64,000 nucleotides of DNA from Promethearchaeota archaeon (GTDB lineage Archaea; Asgardarchaeota; Lokiarchaeia; Sigyniarchaeales; SOKP01): positions 42,028-106,027 of the forward strand of contig JAUVNS010000014.1 of the NCBI GenBank assembly GCA_030599585.1, read 5' to 3'. A program made the position numbers and the translations under genes. Below are positions 49,894-63,800 of the stretch, one piece after another. The stretch's first letter is position 1. Each line of letters begins with the position of its first letter. The notes under the pieces are model-generated. The model searched no databases, was not told the DNA's origin, and saw only the letters and a program-made list of their open reading frames with translations.

Positions 49894-51834
49894 ATGAGCG
49901 ATTTTCAACAATTCCTATCAGATAAGAGAATAATTACAAACCTAATAAAACATTATAGAATCGATTTAAAAGATAAAGAAATAAACGATTTTATCCATAA
50001 TTCGATCGAACATTTAACTAAGATTGATTCAAAAGAAAGTAAACATGAAAAAGAAAAGGATGATCTTAAAAATGAACTGGATTCCATAGCACAGTTCTAC
50101 GAAAAAACGGTCCCTCATAGCCAAAGAAAAACAACGGGCGAATTTTTTACTCCGATTCAAATAGTAGATTACATATTAAAAAGTGTAGGATATACAGTCC
50201 GGCACGATATTGAATATAAGAAATTAATAGATTTAAGTTGTGGATCAGGGAGTTTTATAATTCGAGCAATTAACATTTTAACAAAAAAACTAATAACACT
50301 CACCAATTCAAAAGAAACTGCAGAGTTGTCTGCTAAACAGGCGGAACAAATCATTAACAGCGTTAAAGATAATATATTCGGTATTGACATAAATCCAATT
50401 GCTTGTATTTTATGCCAAATCAACATCTACTTTACCCTCTTTAACCTCATTAAAATCATTATAAAAAATAACAAAGATTACGATGTACCCATTTTTAATA
50501 TTGTCAACAATGATGCGCTCCAACTTAATTTTAATAATGAATACGACTATGTAGTAGGAAACCCTCCTTATATATTCATTCGAGCCATTCCGCAAGAGCG
50601 TAGAAATTTCATTGAAAAACTACCCTTGGAGACAAACAAGGGCCAGTATGACTATTATCAGATCTTTATTGAATTAGGAATAAAATCATTAAAAAAAAAC
50701 GGGGTACTCGGATACATTATCCCGGATTCTCTACTCGCGTTATCAAATCGCAAGATTCTAAGAAAATATATTTATGACTCGACTAAGATAATCGAAATTT
50801 ATTATAGCGGCCCTCAATTCGATAAACCTGTCGTTTCAAATATCATTCTTACTTTGGAAAAAGAATCAGATGAAATAAAAAGAAAAAATAATCAAATTAA
50901 AATTAAATTTCCATTAAACCAATCTCAAGCGGATAAGATAATCTTTCAAAATTTAATAAAAACCTGGGATTACGAATTTTTAATAAATTTAAACGAAACA
51001 GATATCAGAATTCTTGATCATCTCAATACTAATTTCCCCCGGCTAGAAGAGTTAATAGAAAGCTCTGAGTTTGATATTAGATTGAGCAGAGGTGTTGAAT
51101 TAGGAAAAGAGGGTAAGGTCATTTTTTGTGATAACTGTAATAAATATTATCCCCTTCCAAGTAAAGATTTAAAATGCCCGGAGTGTATGTCAATTCTCAA
51201 AAATAATTCTCTAGAAAAGATAGTATTAGATGAGATTCCAGATGGACTTGAATCCGATTTCAGGCCGTTTATTTATTCAATGAATAGATACATCGTAAAT
51301 GAATTAAAATATATAAATATGACCAAACAGGGCATTAACTACAAGGACCTGGAGATATACAAAAATCGAATCGTAATCCGGCAGTTAAGCCAAGATAATC
51401 TGATTTGCGCAAGTTATGATGATAATTCCGTAACTTCTCAATCGTTCTACAATCTAAAAATTAAGAGTTCTTCAGTTCCAGAATTTAATAATTTATATGT
51501 CTTGGGTCTTTTAAATTCAAGGCTTTTATCTTATTTCTTTGTTAAATCGTTTGGTTCTTACAAAAAATTGTTTCCACGAATTCTTATAGAAAAACTAAGG
51601 AAATTGCCATTAAAAGTGCCTAACACTACCGTTGAAAAGAAATTAGCTCAAAATTTAACTGATAACATAAAGAAAATTCTTAAAAGTATAAAGTCTAATA
51701 AAAACTCAATACCAAATCTTCAAAGAGTTTCAGATTCACTCGTATTTGAGTTATATCACATAAATGATACCGATCGTAATTACATCATTAACTTTATAGA
51801 AATTTTAAGAAATAATTTAAAAAAAAGTTATTAA
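49894..51834 (+). CDS. N6-adenine DNA methyltransferase, gamma class (Eco57I/TaqI-like), no adjacent endonuclease
   Basis: GEFFTP (motif X), DLSCGSGSF (I), VGNPPY (IV); TaqI-C-like tail YVLGLLNSRLLSYFF. Confidence 0.9.
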   Translation: MSDFQQFLSDKRIITNLIKHYRIDLKDKEINDFIHNSIEHLTKIDSKESKHEKEKDDLKNELDSIAQFYEKTVPHSQRKTTGEFFTPIQIVDYILKSVGYTVRHDIEYKKLIDLSCGSGSFIIRAINILTKKLITLTNSKETAELSAKQAEQIINSVKDNIFGIDINPIACILCQINIYFTLFNLIKIIIKNNKDYDVPIFNIVNNDALQLNFNNEYDYVVGNPPYIFIRAIPQERRNFIEKLPLETNKGQYDYYQIFIELGIKSLKKNGVLGYIIPDSLLALSNRKILRKYIYDSTKIIEIYYSGPQFDKPVVSNIILTLEKESDEIKRKNNQIKIKFPLNQSQADKIIFQNLIKTWDYEFLINLNETDIRILDHLNTNFPRLEELIESSEFDIRLSRGVELGKEGKVIFCDNCNKYYPLPSKDLKCPECMSILKNNSLEKIVLDEIPDGLESDFRPFIYSMNRYIVNELKYINMTKQGINYKDLEIYKNRIVIRQLSQDNLICASYDDNSVTSQSFYNLKIKSSSVPEFNNLYVLGLLNSRLLSYFFVKSFGSYKKLFPRILIEKLRKLPLKVPNTTVEKKLAQNLTDNIKKILKSIKSNKNSIPNLQRVSDSLVFELYHINDTDRNYIINFIEILRNNLKKSY

Positions 51835-51848
51835 AATTATTTGATAAG

Positions 51849-54800
51849 TTAGGTTAAAGCATCCTTTACTTTTCCAATAACTTTGGCATAATAGCTTATT
51901 GCGCTTTTTAAATTGCCATCGTCCCATAGCTCTTGAGCCTTATCAAAATAAACTAAAGCTTTATCGAGATGTCTATTACTTTCCCCTAATAGTAATGATT
52001 CAGCTTCAAGTATTTTCAGATATGTAACATCATCAATATTGCTCATGAGCGATTCAATTATACTTGAAGTGGAAAGGCCATTATCTTCAGCATCTAACAA
52101 ATTTACGACAACTTCAATAAGTTTATAAAATGAGCTTGCAAGTAGACTTTTGTTTGCTTGATCAATAGCGAGTAATAACATTTGTTCGGCTTGTTCTAAA
52201 TCAAATAAAGCCTGGTCTGGAATTGGATATGACATTAAATCTTGAATTTCAGCTAGGCGATCATAAAGATCACTAACAAACGATTCAACAATTAATTTAG
52301 TTCTCGCTTTCATTATATTTCTGAGCGAATTTTTGAAATACTTCACTGCTTCATCATATTCCTCCGATTCAATCATCAAAAGTGCTGTATTGTAATCATC
52401 TATAGCTCGCAAAATAAACTTATTATCTTCACCAACGATATCAATTGTCCTTTCCATGACAAATTCAACAATATATCGAGTTAGAAAAACTATAGAATCA
52501 GTGATTTCTTGAGTTTTGGCACCCAATTCTTCAGCATCCATCAAGAATCCAACTGCGTCTTTCACTTTGTCGTATGCTTCATAGATCATTCCAGATTCAA
52601 ACTTCTCTTTTGCTTGAGTCAAAGAGAGAATTGCTTGCTCAATTAAATGCTGAGAACTTTCTGGAACACCAAGAGTGATTAAAATATCAATGATTATTTC
52701 AAGATAATCACTTGGTAGAAAGAAATCTTGACCATCGTCCCATATAGGATAATTATCTATACTACCTGCTAAACCCATGATATTATATGGCGTATCTCCA
52801 ATACCATCGTCATTGGCATCCACACCAGTGTAGTCGTCCCAGTAATTACCAAGCGTCCCGTTATCCCAGAAAATGTTCATGCCGTCATCAATTGCATTAA
52901 AATCAGTATTTCCAATAAAAACATTATTATAAATATAATATTCATTATAAGATGGTGTATTAACATGAATTCCCAGTGTATTATTGATAATCAGATTCTC
53001 AGTTATTATATTATATCTGGAGTTATCGCTACAGATCCATATTCCAGTGTGTTGTGAACTTATAATATTCTCCCGTATTATATTGTAACTACTATTTCTT
53101 TCAATATAAAACCCATAAAAACCGTAATGGTCATCTGGAACGGTAATTATGTTTCCAGAAATGAAGTTATAATGGCTACCAGTCAAATCAATCCCTTCTC
53201 CTTCTATCAAAATGTTTGATAAGATAGTATTATTATCACTCTCCGCTAATACAATACCGGTTCCCCACCATGAATGATTAAGATAATTCCCACTTATTAA
53301 AACGTTATTCGAATGAGATAGTATGATTCCCCCTGAAGCAAATTGATGGATTGTATTATTTAATATTGAGATTTTACTATAGCAATATCTTATAATTATA
53401 CCATAATCATCATTTGTACGGATTTCATTATCTGAAACCTCAGTATCAAAACATTCATGCAAGTAAATGCCTACTTTACGATGTTCTTCCATAAAATTCC
53501 CTGTTATAAGAGATTCTCCACAAGAATAAATTGCGATTCCATTAAAATTGTCAGATAAGCAATTATTGGAGATAGTGTTGTTGATTCCATTTTCTATGTA
53601 AATCCCATCTCCATTATTATTGCTAATGTAGTTTCCAGTAATGATATTATTATCACTCCATTCTAAATAGATCCCTGAGTTTATGTTGTTAGATATGATA
53701 TTATTTGAAATAATATTATAATGACAATAATGCATGAATATTCCCTCTATTTGGTTATTCTCAATAGTATTTCCCAATATTTCAGTACCATTAACAACTT
53801 CTAGAATAATTCCCTCGCCATTATTACATATGGTATTATTGGATACTAAACTGTAAGAAAAAATGTCGTGAAGTACTAAACTTCCGTATTCATTATTACA
53901 AATATTATTACCAATAATGAAATAATAATCTCCTTCACTTGCTACAGTTGCTTCGAAATTACCAGTAATAATATTTTCTATGATGTGAATATCGAAACAC
54001 CATTCAAATTGAAGTGTTGCTCCATAGTAATTGTCAGTCACATTGTTTCCTTTAAATATTATATGTTGACAATATTCTATGTTTACACCACTATCATTAT
54101 TAGTTATTGTATTATTTAAGATTTGGATATTCTCGCAATGATACATTTCTATTCCGTATTCATTATAAGAAAGATAATTATTGATCAAAATATCATTCCA
54201 AGAATTGTCTATATATATCGCTATTCTATTATTAGATATAACATTATTTGTTAGATTACTATCCTTAGAGTTTTCTACATAGATACCAATGTCATTTTTC
54301 GTTATTGTGTTATCTAAGATTGTAATTATACTACTATTAACCAAATACAATCCAACTGGGTCAGCGTATGGCAAGTAATCATAGTTGTTTATTATATTAT
54401 CCCTAATAATAATATCATGACATTTTTGAACAGATATGCTTCTAACATCACAATTATTTATACTATTCAGCATGATAACAGTGCTATTAGTATCTTCCAG
54501 TACTATCGAGTAATCGTTTCGTTTCAAATCGTTATTTGAAATTTTGATAAGAGTACAATCTTCCAAATATATTCCTATACCATGATTGGTATAAGCAAAA
54601 ATATGATATCCAACCATATTATCTTCAATTGTGATATCGCTACAGTTCTTCAGATAAATTCCAGCTTTATGATTGCTACTTATTGCATTTTTTTTAATCT
54701 CAAAGTTTTGACAATGCTCTAAGTATATACCGCTTAATCCATTAGCAAAGAAACTATTTTCTGTTAAAATGTTTCCTTGGGATTCTTGACTGAAATAGAA

Positions 54801-57800
54801 TCCGTTTCCGTTGTTAAAATAGACATTATTTCTAGACAATATATTGTAATTGCATTCAATTAATAAAATCCCTCCTTTATTGTTAGATAATTCATTGTCG
54901 TGAATATTATTATAATCACAATTTTCAAGGATAAATCCAGCAGAGTATCTATTATGTTCTATTATATTACCAGACACATTGTTATTATGAGAACTATAAA
55001 AGTAAAAGCCATCATACCAATTATAGATCGCTTTATTATTCACAACAGTATTATCATTTGAATAATCAAACCGTAAACCACCATTCCAATTATAATTAAA
55101 CTCGTTTCCTATAATCGAATTATTTTCGCAGTATGTAAGCCGCATTCCTCTTGTAGTTTCAAAACAAATGTTATCTATTATCTTGGCATTTTTCACATAA
55201 TTTAAATAAATTCCGATTGAAGCAGAATAATGACCGGAATGTGTGTAAAATGTGCAATTTCTTATTATGAAGTACGCTTCTGAATTGAAAATCTGGATGC
55301 AACGGGGACCTCCTAGTCCTGATCTGACAACAATATTTTCAATAATGTAAGGATCATTCCATGTGCCTGAACCACTAGCCCACCCATCACTTACAGCATC
55401 ACTCCACAACATTCCAGGAGATAATTCATCAATTTTAAGTTGAGTATATACAATATTAATCGATAAAATACTAAAATTCTCTAGATTACCCGCTTTATCT
55501 ATTGATCTGTAGTGTATTGTAATTTTCCCATTATACGGAATATTAAATGGATTAGTATAAGTATACCAATTAATTCCATCATAGCTATATTCAGAATAGG
55601 CAATGTTTGAGATATTGTCAACAGCTAAGAGGGAAATCAACACATCTGTTCGATACCAGTTATAAATACATGGATTCTGACTTACACTGTATTCAGTCTC
55701 AGGAAAAGTTTTATCAATCTTTACGATTTCACTCTTAATTATTTCGGTATTCCCAGCTTCGTCATAAGATTTATATGCAAAAGTAAATTCACCCTCAAAA
55801 TCGATATAAAATGGTCCGATATAAGCGATCCAATCACTTCCATTAATATTATAATGCGTGAATATAGTTTCTGAGTAAATGTCTGAAGCATCTAAAGAAA
55901 CATAAACATCCGATGTGTACCATTCATTTTGTCCCATCGTACCGATTAAGTTGATTGTCGTGGTCGGAGTTGATTTGTCGATTTTGATAATTTCGACTTT
56001 TGTGAACTCTTCATTACCAGTTAAATCAAATGATCTATAGTAAAAGTCTGTTATTCCTTGATCACCTATGCTTAATGGTGTGGAATATAAATTCCAATTA
56101 ACTCCATCATAGCTATATTCACTGTAATTTAAACCAGATATAGAATCTGTTGCAGAAAGTGATACCAAAACATCTGAAACATACCAGTTATTTGATCCAA
56201 GTGTTCCACTTAAATTAATCGTTGTATTTGGAGGTGTTTTATCAATTTTAAAGGATTCTATTAAGATTTCCTCAGATATTCCGGCATTATCAATAGAATA
56301 GAAGTGTAAGGTGATTAATCCTTCTGTAAGTATGTCAAATGGTTCCGTATATAGATTCCAATTAAGTCCATTCAAACTATAATAAGTATTGAATACTTCT
56401 GAGTAGATATCAACCGATTCAAGTGTGACCTGAACATCTGATACATACCAGTTGTCATTACCAATTATTCCTTCTAAACTTATAGTAGTTGTTGGTGCTG
56501 TTGTATCAATTTTGATTAACTTAATCTTTGCTTCTTCCTCATTACCAGCAATATCAAACGATCTATAGTAAAATTCTGTAATTCCTTGTTCATCTATATT
56601 TATCGATATAGTATACAAATTCCAATAAACTCCATCATAACTATATTCGCTGAAATTTAGCCCTGATGTAATATCTAGTGCTGAAAGAGTTATTGATATA
56701 TCTGAAGTATACCACTCCGCATTTCCTGGTGTTCCACTCACGTTTATAGTCGTCGTGGGACTGGTTCTATCTATTTTCAATGAAACTACAGAATATTGTT
56801 CGATTTTTCCCATGTTATCCACTGATCTGTAATAAAGTGTTGCGCTCCCATCCTCAGTAAGGTGTATTACACCAGTATAGGTAAACCATGTATCTCCATC
56901 ATAACTATAATTCGTATAGGCGACTCCAGATGCATCATCTATTGCGGTTAATATAATATTTACAGTTGAAGTATACCATCCATTTTGACCTTGAACGCCC
57001 TCGATACTAATTGTTGTAATTGGTGGGAGAAAATCATCTTGACCATCATCCCAAGTAGGAAAGTTATCTATACTCCCAGCTGTACCTGGAATATTATATG
57101 GAATATCTCCAAACCCATCGTCGTTCAGGTCAACTCCACTATAGTCGTCCCAATAATTACCGAAAATTCCATTGTCCCAGTTATTGTTAGTTCCATCATC
57201 AACTGCATTGCTTGTTCCACTACCTCTGACATCATTCTTGTATATTAGTGTATTTTCACTTATCCAAATATTAATGCCGAACTGTTCGTTATTGTAAACA
57301 ATATTATCCGTAATAATATTATCAGAACTATGATATAAAATCAAAATTCCTGTGTAGATGTTATAAGAGGCTGTATTATTAATGATTGTATTGTGTTCTC
57401 CTAAGTACATTCGTATTCCAACATAATTAAAATTCGCAATATTTCCAGAAATGAAACTATAATCACCCACAACTATTCCATATTCAGAATTGTGATTTGC
57501 GATGTTATCCAAAACATAACTATTAATCGTTTCACCTAATTGTATCCCGTAGCCGTTATAGACTGCTATATTTCCAGAAATATTAATATTATTTGAATAT
57601 AGTGCTACAATTCCTCTAAAATTGTAAGAAACATTGTTCATCATAACTTTATTAATTCCGCAATTTTGAATATAAATTCCTTCACTGTTATAATTCGCTA
57701 TATTTCCGACGATTAGATTATTATTACTATTCATGTACAATTTAATTCCAGCGTAGCTATTGTTTGAGCAGTTGTTATTGATAATAACACCATTATTCGT

Positions 57801-60800
57801 ATTGACCAATTTAATACCGGCATTCCAATCAGGATAACTCCCCATACTACTATTGAAAATTGTACAATTTCTGATAATAAAATATGCATTTGAATTTCGA
57901 ATTTCTATCCCGCTTCCTAAGTTTTGAGCATCAATTACCATATTTTCGATAATGTAGGGATTATTTAGCGTACCGACTCCAGTACACAAACCTTCATTAA
58001 CAGCTTCGTACCAAGTATAATCACCACCTCCATAATTGTCGATGATAAAAGAAGGATATAAAACTTTTATTGTGATTGAGTTTTGCAATTCAATGTTTCC
58101 CGCAAAATCAGCTGAGCGATAGTAGATAGAGACAATTCCACTTGTCGGTGCATTAAATGGAGTTTCGTAAATAGTCCAATGTATGCCATCAAAACTATAT
58201 TCAATACGAGAAATACCAGAGTATGTGTCAGTAGCAGAAAGAACTATAAGCGTATCCCAATCGTGCCAACTTCCGAATGTCTTCCCTCCAATAAGTTCAA
58301 TTGTAGTTTCACCGTAAGATTTATCAATCTTGACTAATTCTATTAATGTATTTTCAATATTTCCTGCATTATCGATTGATCTATAATATATCGTAGAAAT
58401 TCCTTCGTATAAGATCGTGAAAGGTCCAGTATAAGTTATCCAGTTTATACTATCATTGCTATATTCGATAATACTTACTCCAGAAATATCATCAGTTGCG
58501 GTAAGAGTTATAAAAACTTCCGATACATACCAGCCATTATCTCCTAAGATTCCCTCCAAAATAATATTTGTGGTTGGAGGATTACTATCTGGTGCTCCAG
58601 GTCCATCATCCCAGATTGGAAAATTATCTATGCCTCCTGGATACCCCTCAATCAAATGGGGAACATCCCCGATTCCATCATCGTCATAATCTACACCATC
58701 GTAATTATCCCAGTAATTTCCAATAGTTCCGTTATCCCAATTATTATTAGTCCCATAATCCATTGCCTGTTCAATGTTTTGTATAAAACTATTGAAATAA
58801 ATTAGATAATGAGATGACTGTAGATTGATACCTAACTGGTTATTGGCAATTCTGTTTTCTGTTATTACTCCATTGCTCCCACCGTAACTAGTAATTCCAG
58901 TGTAATTATTATACTCAATATTGTTATTAATTATTGAAGTAAAATCACACCCTTCTAAGTTGATACCTTGCATGTTATTAGTTATGTTATTTTCGGAAAT
59001 AATTCCGTTGCTACTACCGTAAATAGAAATTGCATTGTAATTATTATTATCAAAATTATTATTATTTATTGAAGTAAAATTACACCGATCCATGAAAATT
59101 CCGCCGTTTAATTGAAGCGTTATATCGTTTGAATTAATTACGATGTAATTGCTTTGTATTAGGTAAACGCCGATAATTCCATTAGAAATCAAGTTATTTT
59201 GAATAACATTATTATAACAACTTACCATGTAAACACCTATTGCAGCGCTAATTAAATCCAAATTAGAAATCGATGAATCGTTGCAATTGTATAAAAGAAT
59301 TTGTCCAGCGTTAATAAAATCGTCTGAACTTAAACCAACTTCATTGGAATAAAAATATATAGGTTTATCATCGAATAAATTTGTAGTGTCAACGTCTTCG
59401 GTCGTATAGTATTCCATCGAATCTGGAAAAATAAGAAAACCGGTTCCATACATTAGATTGTTTGAAAAAGTATTAAATTGTCCGTGAATATAAAGACCAA
59501 CCATAAAGTTATCTTTTAATGTGTTTCCAATATATTGAGTATAATTGCTATTGGATGAACTTATACCCATAAAACCATTCTCATTTATACTATTATTTAT
59601 AATTGAGATATTAGATGACATCGTAAGGCTTATTCCTGAACCAGAATTAAAAGAACAATTATTATCGAGTAATACTCCATTCGTAACAAATTCCAATCTA
59701 ATACCATCTCCATAATAATAATAATAATCATTTCCGGCATTGTAAACTGTGCAGTTTCTTAAAATAAAATACACATCGGAATTTCTTATGTAAATACCTG
59801 TTTCAGAGCCGTTACAATCAATAATAACATTTTCGATAATGTAAGGATCAACCAGCATTCCAGAGCCTCGACACCACTCTTCGTTGACAACTTCTAACCA
59901 AGTATAATCACCATACCCGTCATCATCAATAACAAATGGAGATAAAAGCCAAATTTGAGGACTAGGAGTTTCAGGACCGTCATCCCAGATTGGATAATTA
60001 TCTTGACTTCCCGCATCACCTTCAATATAATAAGGAGTATCACCAATTCCGTCATCATCATAGTCAACACCGGAATAATCGTCCCAATAGTTACCGATAA
60101 TTCCATTATCCCAGTAATTTCCAATAGTCCCATATTCAAATGCATGTAAGAAATTTTGCTCAAATTGATTCAAATATATCAAATTATTAGGCGAATCGTA
60201 AACTGAAATACCATACTCTGCACAGTTATTAATGGAATTGTTTTTAATTACATTATATTCACTATTCCATTGAATTGTTATACCATTATAATTGTAGGAA
60301 ATAGTATTATCCATTATAGTGTTGTTAGTACTGCCACTAATAGTAATTCCGTTGTTAGTACTATTCTCAATATTGTTATCTATGATAGAAGTGAAATTAG
60401 AATGATCTACATAGATTCCACCATACTGTTGAATAACTATATTGTTTTTATTCATTACAATATAATTGCAATATACTAGAGCAATACCATAAATTCCATC
60501 AGATATCAAATTATTTTCAATAAGATTGTTATTACAACTAACCATGTAAATGCCAGTTGTGGCATTTGTTAATAGTAAGCCTGATACTAATGATTCGTTA
60601 CAATTATAAAGGATTATTTGACTTGCATTAACGAAATCCCCCGAGCCCAATCCTATCATGTCTCTATAAAAATAAATTGGCTTTCCATCCAATAAATTAT
60701 CACTGGGAATATTTACCATTGAATAAGAATTCAAAGAATCCGGCATGATCATAAAACCAGTGCCATACATAAGGTTTCTGGAGAATTGATTAGCATTTCC

Positions 60801-63800
60801 GTGAATAAAAATGCCAAACATAGCATTATATTTAAGAACATTATCTAGAAATATGTTATCGTTGCTTGCATATGAATATACACCTACTTGAAAGTTCCTA
60901 CTGATTGAGTTATCTGAAAAGACTGAATTATTTGTATTATAAAGATTAATACCGTAATAACTATTCATCTGAATTACATTATCGATGATTGATATCAAAG
61001 CACAACCAAAAAGATTGATTCCAGAATTCAAATTATTCGAATAATTCCCATCCTGTAATGTCCCAAAAACTACTATGTTTAAATCAACACCGTTATTTGC
61101 GTTGATAAACGTACAATTTTTTAAAATGAAATAGACAAAGGAATTTCTAATAGAAATACAATAATCCATACCTCCTCCGTCGATGAATATATTTTCAACG
61201 ATATAAGGATCCGCTTGAGTTCCAGAGCCTCGACACCACTCTTCGTTGACAACTTCTAACCAAGTATAATCACCATACCCGTAATCATCAATGATAAATG
61301 GTGAAAGTATCCAGTATTGAGGTATAGGTAAATCAGGACCATCTTCCCAGATTGGATAGTTATCCACACTTCCAGCAGAACCATTAATATTATAAGGAGT
61401 ATCTCCTATGCCATCATCATTCACATCTGCACCGGTATAATCGTCCCAATAATTTCCTATGGTCCCATTATACCATTGATTATTAGTCGCATTATCGAGA
61501 GCATTTTCAATTAAATTGCTAATGAAGTAATTGCAATAAATTAAATTTAATTCGCTAATAATTGTATCAATAAATAGACCGTATTCATAATTATCTTCAA
61601 TAATATTATCTGTAATAGTATTATAACTGCCCTCAAATATAAAAACACCTACATTATTAGAAATTAATGTGTTTTCATAAATTCGATTATTATAACTTCT
61701 TAAGAGAATTACGCCTACGCCAGAAGGGGTTCTAAGAGGGGGGTCAGTAATCTGATATTGATTAGGGGTAAGATCAGCATTACTATTGGATATGTCATTC
61801 TGAAATATAAAATTAGAGTTGCTTTCATATAAATAGATACCGCTATCATAGTTATTATCAAGTATAGTTCTGAAAAAATAATTATTGTCACTAAATTGTA
61901 AGCTGATACCATGGTAATTATCAGAAAAATTGCATTCTATAATATTAATGTTATTACAATAAAACAAATTTAGAGCTGTTGAAGTAAAGGAAATCTCGAT
62001 GTTTGATATAGTTGAATCATTGCAATTAACTAAAATTATTTGTCCTGGATTAATGAAGTCTGCATTATCTAAATTATTTCTACCAAGATAATAGTAAACC
62101 GGTTTCTTATTTACCAAATTGCTTGTATCTATCGAGTAAGTTGAGAGAGTGGAATAACTTCCAGAAATTGAGATTCCACAGGAAATCATTAAATTCTTGG
62201 TAAAATTCATGTTAATATCATTAGATCCACCAATACCATAATAAATACAATCTCTAACATGATTATTTATCACAAGGCTATTATTCGTTAGGAGCGACAA
62301 TACTCCGACAAGTGATTTACTAATGTTGTTTTTTGAAACATAGCTATTACTAGTTTTTAGGAGGATAATTCCATTACGTTCATTGTTATGTATATTATTT
62401 TCCACAATGCTAATATTGATAGACAACTCCCACTCAAAGAAAGGAATGAAAATTCCCCTCACGTATATTCCAACACTGTTGGAATTTAAAGTGTTATTGA
62501 ATACAGATATTTCTTCACAACGCTCCATAAAAATTCCATTAACATCGTTGTTGATTACTCTGTTTTGGTAAATCGTAATATTGGAACAGTGAGATAAATA
62601 CATTCCATCGCCTTGGTTGAAAGTACATGTGTTACTGATCATTAATCCATTATGTGTATTAACTAACTTGATTGCTGCTTCACCTTCGCTAGCGTTGTAA
62701 ACCGTACAGTTTTCTATCCGGAAAAATACGCTTGAGTTTTCAATTGTTATACCACTCCCTAACCCTTTACAGTCAATTATTAAATTTTTTAATACATAAG
62801 GATTTTCAAATGATCCTGAACCACTGCACCACTCTTGATTTGAAACTTCTTCCCAAGTATAATCACCATATCCATCTTCATCAATAACGAATGGTGAAAG
62901 TATCCAGTATTGAGGTATAGGGAAATCAGGGCCGTCATCCCAGATTGGGTAGTTATCTATACTTATTGCACTTCCAGAAATAGAATAAGGTGTGTCTCCT
63001 ATACCATTATCATCAACGTCCACACCGGGATAATCGTCCCAATAATTACCAATTGATCCATTATCCCAATTATTATTAGTGCCATAATCTAAAGCATGAT
63101 CGGAGTTTTGTATAAAAATATTGAGATATATTGAAAAGTTAGTTGACAACTGCAGATCAATACCTATCATGTTAAAAGCTATTGTATTTTCAGAGATAAC
63201 GCCATCACTACTACCATAAAGAGTAATTCCATTGTACAAATTTTTCTCAATATTGTTATCTATGATAGAAGTAAAATTGGAGCGATCTATGTATATCCCC
63301 ATCTGCAAATTATCGGTAATATTATTATGGTTAATGGTTATATAATTAGACTGAACTAAATAAATCGCTGCCATAGATTTAGAAATGAAATTATCTTGAA
63401 TTAAGTTATTATAACATTTAACCATATAGACTCCAACAGAACCATTTACTAAAGATAAATTTGTTATTAACGAATCATTGCAATTATAGAGCAGAATTTG
63501 TGCAGCATTTATGAAATCTTCCGAACCTAATCCCACCATGTCTTTGTAAAAATAAACAGGTTTGCCATCTAATAAATTATTGCTTGGTATGTTTTCTATC
63601 GAATAAAAAGCAAAGGAATCCGGCAATAAAATAAATCCCGTGCCGTACATAAGGTTTTCTGAGAATTGATTAGATTTTCCAAGAGCATATATGCCAAACA
63701 ATCCATTATATCTGAGAATGTTTCTTAAGAAATTATTATCGTTGCCATCAACTGATATTCCTAGCTGAAAATTTCTGTCAATTGAGTTATCTGTAAAGAA

